60,000 nt of DNA from NCBI GenBank assembly GCA_965235115.1, contig OZ249436.1:9860001-9920000 (forward strand), read 5' to 3'. Position 1 is the stretch's first letter. The number at the start of each line of letters is the position of its first letter. The DNA comes from Laetmonice hystrix (Eukaryota). The notes beneath the pieces were generated by a model that saw only the letters and a list, made by a program, of their open reading frames with translations, was not told the origin of the DNA and searched no databases. This document shows positions 50,301 to 60,000 of the stretch, piece by piece. Made by a program: the position numbers and the translations under genes.

Positions 50301-53300
50301 GACAGGTCTTAATGTAGCTGTTAATGTCTTAATGTACGTTAAAATTGGACTTACGCAGTAAACGGCATCATCTTTAGGGCAAGTGAACGGCTGATACAAA
50401 AGCCAGCTCCACCCGTGGCAAACCAAAACAACGTCCTCTGCTGCAAATAGACACATAACATTTTTTTGACAAAAGGTTACTTCAATCAATGGCTACTGTA
50501 GGGAGAGAACTAGCATTACCTTATATAACATTTTTTTCAAAATGTTTGAATTGCCTGGCTGTACCTGTATCTGCAGTTTGAGGTATAAATCCCAACGTAT
50601 TTAGTTATTTTAAAACCAGGGTCACCCTACGCCAAGCGGTTTTCAAAACATGCGCTCCGCCTCCAACAGTCCAACCTACGTATAGTTCCAAAGGTAGGCA
50701 GACACATTCCGTGGCCATGACAACGTTTACGAAGAGCTGGAAGCAGTTACAGCATGCACCCAGTTGGCCAGAAGGGCGCGCGGGCGCAGCCTGGACAGAA
50801 TCTGTTTCAACCAGGAAGGTATGAGCAGGCGTCTATCACTCATCTCAAGCCGGGAATTGTGTGCCCCCAGCCCACTGACGACCTGCGCTTGCTGTCAGCA
50901 ACAAGGGCAATGGTTCCACTACTTCATCTGGCCCTCCAACATATACTGGGCGCTGACAGCATTTGTAGCCCACATTACTCTACGTCACCGCCACCAGAGT
51001 ATCAGAAAACGATTTTGAAGTACAGATAATCATTTCTTACCATTTATACTTTCGAAGGCAGTTTTATCCTATTTCAAAATATCTTGCAGCGAAGTTATCA
51101 GACACCGTTTCTAGGCTATACCATTCTTCTGCCCACATTAAATTACCAAAGTTTCCTTTGAACTAAAGATTCTGTCTGCGCTCTGTAGTTTCACCTTACC
51201 CCCATACACCAAACAACAGCAACAACAACAACATTTAAAAAAAAACTAGAGCGCTCCAGGAAATCCTTCAATGTAAAGCATTGCCGGTATGGTGTCAGTG
51301 AAACCCAAGTCAAACTGTATTATAGAAAGTTATCCACGAGCCGGCTTAATCTGCCGCTCACAAACACTCCCGTGTTGATGTCGCCCTCTCGGCCTCCCTA
51401 CTCGATACGTTTTTATTCGTGCTGATATCAGTATATTATCAGAGTGTGGCAGCATATTGTGGCAGGTTAGACGAGATGTTGCAGGGTCAGCACGCGCCTG
51501 CTGCCACTCCTATCAACTCTCGCACCAACACACACGACTACCAACGATGGCACACGGCCATTTCTGCCCTCATTCCTCTTTTTTTAATCGTGACCTACAC
51601 TTTTAAAGACGGCTCTTTTTTTAGTTTCTGAAACAATAATAAATAAAAAGATTCCACCTCAAGTAAAGATGTTAGTTGATTGTTTCCACATAAATCTTGA
51701 TTTGATGATCTCACCAGGTTATGTCCTGAGTACAGACTTTGTCGGCCCCAGTCCTAGCAATAATAGACACGTTATACCGTTCATGGTCGTGTCGCTTGGA
51801 CATAATTATAATACATTATAATGCAGAACATCCTTTGTCACATCATTCACATGCAGTCTGAGGCAAAGCCTGTTGACGGGCGACTTGGTATGCGAGGTGT
51901 GTAGTGTTTACTGTCATTCTGGGCTGGGCACGCCAGGTGATGGCAATCACTGGTACAGCTACAGAGTGGTGCAAGATCATAGACTCGCTGTCGTAACCTA
52001 CATCGTCAGATGGACCATGTCCTCAACAGCTGGATACGCACTGCTACTAGAGGGTGTCTCAAAAAGGGCAATGCATGTTCAAACGGTCATTATGGCCAAA
52101 CTATAATCAGATTCACGTTATTATGGTTTTGCCTAAAGTAGAGGCTGTGAGATTTCCAGTAATAACTCGGTTATCTTCCTCCAGTCCTATATCGTTGAGC
52201 ATCATTGTCTTGAAAATGGCATATAAAATCCTGCTTGGGGCAGTTCCATGGTGAAAACTATAATTCCGGGGAATTATACTTTTCTCCTCGGTGGAAAGTG
52301 ATAAGAATACAATTAAATTGTGAGACAAATCATCACAGAAACGGGTTCAGGCTGTACGTTTTGAGGGTTACAGAAATGTGCATGCTGTGCCAACGGCAAA
52401 GGGACCGAGAGCTTGATCTGACGTGTCCAACTACTGTCTGGGGCTGAAACTGAGCCTCGAACTCCGAGCACTGATAGGTCCAACAAGGCCGAACCCTTGA
52501 TCTTGCCACGGCAAACCGCCAGCCTGGAACACGACCGCGACCTCGTGCGCTACCTGCGCACGATTCAATCTGATTCAAGGCCCAGATACAGCCGATGTTG
52601 AGATACGGTAAAGCCCGCCGTACACTGTCACGACTTTGCCCAACTCCCGATTCACGGCCGTACACTCTGCCGACCGACCCCGTATACAGGGTCGGTCGGG
52701 ATAATCGTGACAGTGTACACTGTCACGATTATCGGCTCCCGATCCATGCAGTGTGGGTGGCAAGGGATTTTGGTCAACTGCCGCTGAGCCGCTTGGTTCC
52801 CAATTCACTTTTCGAATCGGCTACGATCTCCAACTGCAGTCGGGAGCGGTCGGGAACCATGGTTACCGACTCCACTTGGGCAAAATCGGGAAAGTGTATG
52901 GCGGGCTTGATTGGCGCCGAATCTCTGACGATCAACTGACAAACTGTAATAACGTCGTCCAAGTAGAAACTAGGTGATATAAAGTTGGTGGGCTTGGTCA
53001 GGATACATCGGGTCCTGTGCCACTTCTGCTTCCACGGACGCGATTCTGACACGATTCACCGACTGGCGACTGGGGTACAGATTTCCTTAGTCTGATATTT
53101 ACTCTAAATATACGTGATACTTCAAAAAATTATTGGCAAGATCGGCATACATGACGAAACTGTGACTGCCGAAGCAATAACTACCAAAAGTTGCACTTGC
53201 ATACACTCGGCTGGCCAGAGAAAACCCATGATGTTCCATGACGGAAGTTCCTACGACTTCCAGGCCCGTACCAAGGATTGGCCTGGTGGGGGGGGGGGGG

Positions 53301-55695
53301 GGGAGGGTCCATATTTTGTATTCAGTTCGTGGGGCCTCGGGTCGTAGAGGTATGGCTCCTGCTGCACAAGGTTTACCAGTTGTTCTACTGCCTCAGAGGA
53401 TGGCCGCCGAAACGATATAAAAAAAAACTGTTTGACGTGCATCATCCTCAGACCATCCCTCAGACTCGCAAATGGACGAAGATCGAATGAGAAGCCCACG
53501 CCCATTCTAATTGGGGGCTAATTATATAATAAGGCAGAGTGCCAACCTGAGACACACTTCAGTGGGTCAGCTGCATGAAGTATGCCCTGTCAACAAGCAG
53601 CCAAGACAAGTTAAACATACTTTTCAGGTTGTGGACACTGTCAACTGTGTGATGGAAGTTACCGAGAGTCCCCCACTCAGACTGGAAATAAAACTACCCA
53701 AGGATCGCATTTCATCTCGGTCAATCCAGAAGTCAGTGATAAGGAAACCAGTAGGAGCCCCGGCCATGACAGGTCCAATGTCCTCCTCAAGCCCAGAGGT
53801 CGTGCGAGGCGAGCCCCGCCCGGCCCAACAACTTGTGGAGAAGGTCACATCGGAAGGCACCCACAAGGTCACATCGGAGGGGACCCGCGTCCCAGAGCGT
53901 GCTTTTCCGACCCCGGGTTGATTTCTTCAGCATGTCCCCTGATGTTGACACTGCGCCACTGAGGATTCCATGCCTATCGCTGCTGGCACCCAGTCAGTTT
54001 CTGGTTGGTGGACCCCTGCAACTAGTGCAAGTCGACAACACTTTCCCACGATACAGCGGAGGCAGAGATATGACAAGTGTCTGCTACACTCCATCTCCTG
54101 CCAGCTGGGCCAAGCCACACAACTGTTGACTAAAGATTGGGTTTTATAGGCAAAGTGGCCCCACTTCGGGGATACTTTCCATCATTTAAGGCCAGAGAGT
54201 TCGAATGGGGAGCAGCTGGTTTCACTTGTCGACCCCTGACTGAGACCCTGTTCATGCCGCTGTAGCACATCACAGAAGTTACTGACTGAGGAAACTCGAT
54301 ACTGCACATCACAAATACAGGAAACACCGGGAAGTCTTTGTTAAATTCAGAAACAAAACGTCAAAATAAACTTACTGAAACTTGTTTCTCATTTAATTAA
54401 GCAACTTTTCATGTCATTTTAGATGACAGCATTGAAGACAGGCACCACCAGAGAAATGTCGGGTGTACACAACAAAGAAACTTTTGCTGCTAGTTTCCAA
54501 ATCTGGAAGTAATAATTGACTCAACCGCTAGTTTTCATTGCCAGTTGACAACTAAGAAATTCAAAATTTGCGTATTTTCCGAGTCAGTACATAGGACAAC
54601 ATGAATTTGCCTCATACACATTTGCTGGACGATTTTGACAACCGGTACTTGATCATTCTGATGATCATTACCGAAAACTTCCTCAGGATAAATAAACGAT
54701 ACATGAAAATGTATTCCTCATATATTCCATGCCTCATCTAGACATTTAACGTAATGAAAATGGCAGGTCTTCGGCTTGGCGTACCCTTGACGTTCACGAC
54801 TGCTTGACGTTTACAAACCAATACACACGTATAAGCAATGCTACAATACAGTTACACTCCCGATCCTTTCTTTGATTAACTCTTAAATTAATTAACGTGC
54901 AGATCGCTTAAAATAATTATGTACTCTTGCTTGACATAAAACATACGTGAAGGTGGCGTTAACAGACCTTTGTTGCATAGTTCTCATACTAATTCAGCTC
55001 AGTGCTTACAGTAATTACATGGTTCCCACCCTATCAGCTTTCCCAAATTCGCGGACTTTTCCCTGATCTTTAGGACTTTTCCGTGCCCATATTTAGGTCT
55101 CCTTCCATGTTTTCTTAGCCTGGGATATCGACGATGATAATTAAAGAACGGTACCCTTACTGTGAATCATCCACCTAGAATTGGAGGTTATTAGTCAAAT
55201 TCTTGGACTTTAGCACATATTTATCCCTTGACCTTTCCTGGCCCAGGAGGTCCCAATATAAAATTTCCGAACTTTCCCGGTTTGCCGGACCCGTGGTAAC
55301 AATTAGTTCAGACTTACGTCTCTGTGTTCGATGTCGGGTATTTCTAACGGGTGAGTGAGGCTGGGCTTGCCCAGGTACCAGTCCCGGGTGTGGTTGTACT
55401 GTTGAATCAAGGCCAGCAGTCCAGGAATGTTTACGTACGTGTCATCATCCACATGACAAAACCACCTGGGGCGAAAACATAGTGACTACAACATGACAAC
55501 TGAAACATTCTATATCACTTTTAAAATTACCACTAACTTCTGTTTGCCTTGGACTGGACTGATGGGAAGAAACACTAACGTATGGTGACGCATCAACGAG
55601 GGAAAAAGAGGTCCACTAGTACTTAGTACTTTTGCAAAGGGCCTGAAAAGTTTTTTTTGGGTGGGGGTGGCGGGCAAGTCACCCCCCCCCCCCCC

Positions 55696-55733
<38 letters not shown>

Positions 55734-58700
55734 TTCAACCCCAAGATTGCAGAAATTAGTTCAAATTACTATATGGCGTTCACAGATTTGAGTTTAAAAT
55801 TAATTAGATTGGTTTGGCCCCAAACCCTGAATACGAGGTTCATCAGCATACAGATACAAAATTAATGTATTGTGACTTGTATGGCAAAGTTGAAACAGGA
55901 GGCCCAAACCCTGAATACATTGCGGCTCCTATGGTAATGTGTACATTACAAGGTTCGTCAGCATACAGATATTGTGACTTGTATGGACAAGTGGGAACAG
56001 TAGGTGACATAGCCTCCAGTATGGAGATTGTTACCTCCCGTGTTTCAATGTGGCCGTGTACACAGGCGAACTCTGGACTGGTGTTTGTTTGTCTATCCCA
56101 GCACAGATTCCAGGTGTACACAGTGCGACCTTGCCCTTATGGCTCAATTCTCAGGCTTCAGATGCATTGAATAGTACCGGTATATTCCTTACGATTACTG
56201 ATTCCCTCTCTCAAATTAAAAAAACAAAGACATAGCCTTTTCACCCAAAATATGTCTGTGTAACGGTTCTCCGACGGGATGGATAGTTCCTCTACCATTT
56301 CATGTTGAGTTTGATAAGTAAAAAGTGTAAAAAATAAACTGAAAAAAATAATAAAATAATAAAAATTCTATTTAAAATAATTCCCCCAGCGCCTCATCAG
56401 ATTTTCTCCAAGTAAATTCTTCGGAACAAACAATTTTTTTAAGGCCGGCCTAAGAATAACTTTGCAGGAGGATGGTTTTAGGTACCATCACAGGATCATA
56501 TTCTATGAAATCAAAATTTAAGACATTTTAAATAGCATTTCACTTTTAACAAATGAAAATATGCTTTAATATTTTGAGCATACAAACATCTCGGTCAAGA
56601 ATGACATCAAGACATCAGTTTGCTTACTCCTCATGAAAATGCTGTCGCCTCAAAGAAGTGAAAATAAAACTCACCTTTTTCCTGATGCAAGGAATGTGTC
56701 ATATTCCACGGACATCTTGCAGCATAGGGCTGACCTACAACACATTACACAAGTGTACAGCACTGTCCTATTGTTTTTACTTGGCTGACAAAAAAGTAAT
56801 AAGAGATATTTTGTTGAAGGTAAAGTAGAAATGGTGCCACTTTTCCAAATGATCCGAAGGCAAACGTGCTTGAAGCCATCGGCTGCTTCTAATATATAAG
56901 CCATTGACTGCTTCTTTATTGATATATTTTTGCTGCTTCTATTATAGGCCCTATAGAGGTAGAAAATAGGGATCTCTGAACCACTACTTCCTCTCGCCAG
57001 AGAGTTCAACCCTTTATGTTTTAATACCTTTTAGCGTGGTGTCATGACCACTTCAACCAGAATCAAAGCGAACTTGCATGCATACACTGAATTTTCTAGC
57101 AGTGTATCATCTTTAGCCGGCTACCGATGGGTTCATCACATGATACTCCCTCACTGGCTCACAGCCAGACCTGCTAATTCGGCACCATTCACCCCAGGTT
57201 AGCACGAAACCTTAAGCTATAAATATATCCAATGCTGAATAATGTCTTGAAGGGTACATTTTAGATGCAAAGAACAATACAATCAGGCCCGTAGCCAGCC
57301 TTCCAGGTGGGGGGGGGGTCTGGACTTCGATGGGGCGGAACAAGGTATGGTTGGGCAGTCTAGGACAAGGCCGTAGCTAGAAATTTTTGAGTTGGGGGGG
57401 GGGGGGCAGTCATGGGTGGATCCAGGAGAAGGAGAAGGCTCCAAGACATGAGCGGGGGGTCTGGGGGCCCTCCCCCAGAAAAAAAATGGAAATTACAGGG
57501 CCAAATACGCGTTTTCCTGGCATCTGGGAAATAAATCCAAGGTTTTCCAGAGCCTATCCAGCACTAAAGGGTGGAACAAAATCTTAGGGATGGGCAACTG
57601 GGGGGGGGGGGCGTCCGACCCCCCCGACCCCCCCCCCCCCCCCCCTGGCTACGGGCCTGACAATATATTATCTTTGATTAATAAATAAGATGCCTTCAAG
57701 TTCAAGGACTCCAGCGAAAGAGTGACTTTCAACGCTCGGCAGGGTCGATGAAGTTCTACACCCATTAGATTAACTACAAACATGGCCATGGTAGCACGAC
57801 ATCTCCACCTTCAATCTTGTCTTCAGATTGCTACATGCTACAGCGGTTTAGAGTGTCGACCCCAGCACATCACCGCCACAACCTCGCCACGGTCACCCTC
57901 AATGTCTACCAACACGACAAGTTATCATGATTTCTGCCGTCACACTGAACATCACCCTTCACCCGGTGACACGCTTAGATCGTTTGGTAGGCAGCAGACC
58001 GCATCCGTTCAGAACCTATATCACACCATTGATCACGGGTCGACTCACAGACTACAGAAACAGCAGATGTGCAGGAGAAACCTACAACTTGGGTTTAGAA
58101 GAAAAACAAGAGCATGTGCCCAAACGGTATGCGGCAATGTCCCAGATGCTGAACTCGACCGCTGTTTTATGCCTTAACCATTTTTTTTTTAAAGATTTTT
58201 TTAGCCAGACTTTCAGACCTCTAACTGGCATCTAACCCATTCCTACCGCATTCACGGAATATTCTGAAGTGTTGAATTTGAGCATCAATGCTCTACAATT
58301 TCAACATCAAAAGAAACTTGATAGGTTTTAGGTGTTCTGCAGTGTTGAAGACAAGATAAGACTGAGATGTAGAGGGTTTGATCCACAACATGAAGGACAG
58401 ATTACAGGAATCAATACGGAATCCTTTTACAAAAATAGTTGCATGTTTCTATGCTCAGAATCTTTTAAACACTTTGTTCGTAACTAATATCGTCAACAGG
58501 AAGCATTTTCATATGACCGGTAGTTATCTGAGGAAGAGCATTGGCTGACTGTTGAGATTTCTTCCACAGATTCTACGGTCACCACAGAGACCTACATCAT
58601 TGGATTCCCACAGATTTTACGGTCACCACAGAGACCTACATCATTGGATTCCCACAGATTTTACGGTCACCGCAGAGACCTACATCATTGGATTCCTACC

Positions 58701-58958
58701 TCAGCTAATCGAGTGGCACTGCTGCCCTGCGCCTACCTACGCCTTTTAGTTTTATAGCAACTGTCGAGATCTCTTCCACACAATTAACGCTCATCACAGA
58801 AACCTACTTCAAAGATTCCCGCCTTAGCTTGAGAGACGAACTGAGAGACGAAGAGGAGAGCATTAAGCTCCTAAGTATACGGTACTAGGATTAGGACAGT
58901 ACGGAGTATAGTTACCTGCTATGGACTGAAGAGCAGTTGGTGTTAATTAAATGGCCAC
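47348..58958 (-). CDS. fng: Fringe (O-fucosylpeptide beta-1,3-N-acetylglucosaminyltransferase), 3' eight exons; 5' end off window
   Basis: Exons 58958-58916 ([14 protein letters not shown]), 56734-56675 ([20 protein letters not shown]), 55465-55318 ([12 protein letters not shown]...YLGKPSL), 50440-50355 ([20 protein letters not shown]), 49954-49884 ([13 protein letters not shown]), 48394-48300 (FHSHLE), 48049-47967 (ITFSY...DPSR), 47411-47348 ([10 protein letters not shown]...stop). All GT-AG and phase-consistent; most exons are absent from the ORF track. Confidence 0.95.
47490..47745. mobile_element. PIF/Harbinger MITE in the last fringe intron
   Basis: TTA|GGCCGCGTTCACACTGAT...ATCAATGTGAACGCGGCC|TTA. 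Confidence 0.85.
48551..48801. repeat. Polypurine microsatellite (GGGGA)n/(GGGA)n
   Basis: Directly visible ~250-bp purine tract. Confidence 0.95.
49360..49663. mobile_element. CAGGG-terminus MITE, 6-bp TSD
   Basis: GGTCTT|CAGGGCTCTCAAAAGT...ACTTTGAGAGCCCTG|GGTCTT. Confidence 0.8.
52612..52907. mobile_element. PIF/Harbinger-like MITE
   Basis: TIR AGCCCGCCGTACACT / AGTGTATGGCGGGCT, flanks TAA/TGA, internal palindromes. Confidence 0.7.
52980..53400 (-). pseudogene. Decayed MADF/Myb-SANT-like coding fragment (probably Harbinger-derived)
   Basis: [20 protein letters not shown]...VRAWKS and KQKWHRTR resemble the three MADF helices; broken by a poly-G tract and stops. Confidence 0.35.
57284..57659. 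mobile_element. CAGG-terminus poly-G MITE, 5-bp TSD
   Basis: ACAAT|CAGGCCCGTAGCCAG...CTGGCTACGGGCCTG|ACAAT. Confidence 0.8.
58562..58697. repeat. 44-bp minisatellite, 3 copies, in a fringe intron
   Basis: Unit TCCCACAGATTTTACGGTCACCACAGAGACCTACATCATTGGAT; GGTC at 58577, 58621, 58665. Confidence 0.92.
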
Positions 58959-60000
58959 CTGAAAAATAAAGATAAAAGTTGAAGATTTCTTGGAAAAAAA
59001 CGTAAAACTCCCCAGCTCCACAGCCAATTACACTCGGGAATTATTCTAATTTAGAGGAAGAGAGACGGTTGTGCCTCTAATCTAAAGTAGAAAATACCAG
59101 ACTAAGTGTTTAACACAACCCCTGGGCCATCAATTTCCAAATTGCGAATCCGGAACACGCCAAATACCTGTACACAAGATGTCACAAACATGTGATTATA
59201 CCTTGAAATTACATGTTACACGTCATGTGCAAGACTTAACATGCATGATGTTGAGACAACTAGGCTACTTGCGTCCCAAAGCCACAGGCGAACTTGACCT
59301 CGGCTTTTCTCTTCCAAACTGTTGATCCAATCAAGCTAAGAGCCGATATACTTGGGTAAAATCTTGAGTACTTACTTCGGCTTTCCAGAAACATTAGTTC
59401 AGGATTTTTAAAACATGACATTCAGTATACTGTATTCCCTAGACAAAAGTAATCAGACGAAAACACTTTATTTCCAGGTTGCAAAAATATTTTCATCCTT
59501 TTAATGTTTGAAACGTAAATCTACTGCCGTCCCTCATTGTGGCCAAGTTCGTGGGGCTCTTCAACCCGTGCCGTAATATTTAGGCGTTCACATTGGGGTG
59601 ACTGTGTAAAGCACCTTCTGTAGCCTGGGGCGTTGGCAGCCACCTTTCTGAGCCAGCCTTGTGCAACCCCTGACCCGCACCTCCCCCGACTGTGAGAAAC
59701 CAGGCCAGGCCAGGTGCCCGCCAACCCACTTTTTTAGGTCTTAAAAACTTCTTTATGGTGGGTTCATGCAAAATATTACCCCTTGAAAGCCAATAATCAA
59801 AGAGAACCCATTGTTTTACTGTTCTAATGCCCCTTGTACCAGGTACTTGTATGAAGATGTCAGACCGCTTCAGTTTCCTGACATATGCGGGTGTATTTTT
59901 TTTATGAGGGGGGGGGGGGATTGTGCATTTCATTAAACTTAAAACTAAAGCAATCTGACGTATCTTGATTTGGTTTTGAGATAATATGTCACCTTTTCAA

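Noticed and set aside
50754..51029. Overlapping GC-rich ORFs on + strand in a fringe intron
   Set aside because: No recognisable domain or splice context.
56675..56734. [13 protein letters not shown] resembling protein kinase inhibitor PKI
   Set aside because: Splices in frame to WFCHVDDD; it is a fringe exon.

Overview
Animal (invertebrate-type, AT-rich, intron-rich) genomic DNA; no prokaryotic features. Four spliced protein-coding genes were reconstructed by hand with phase-consistent GT-AG introns: a KCTD5/2/17-like BTB gene (- strand, first two exons, runs off the left edge), head-to-head with a complete ATP synthase subunit d gene (+, 5 exons, 170 aa); a complete TMF1 golgin gene (-, 21 coding exons, 1436 aa); and the 3' eight exons of a fringe glycosyltransferase (-, 5' end off the right edge). 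An intron-containing tRNA-Ile(UAU) lies head-to-head with TMF1. Non-coding DNA is dense in non-autonomous transposons. The most striking structure is a three-level nest of DINE-1/Helentron-type elements (A contains B, which contains a near-identical second B) between ATP5PD and TMF1. Family A also carries tandem tRNA-like Pol III units, and both families carry DR1/CRE motif clusters. Other candidates are an internal short TMF1 isoform and a divergent fringe-like exon. No databases were searched; family assignments come from motif recognition.
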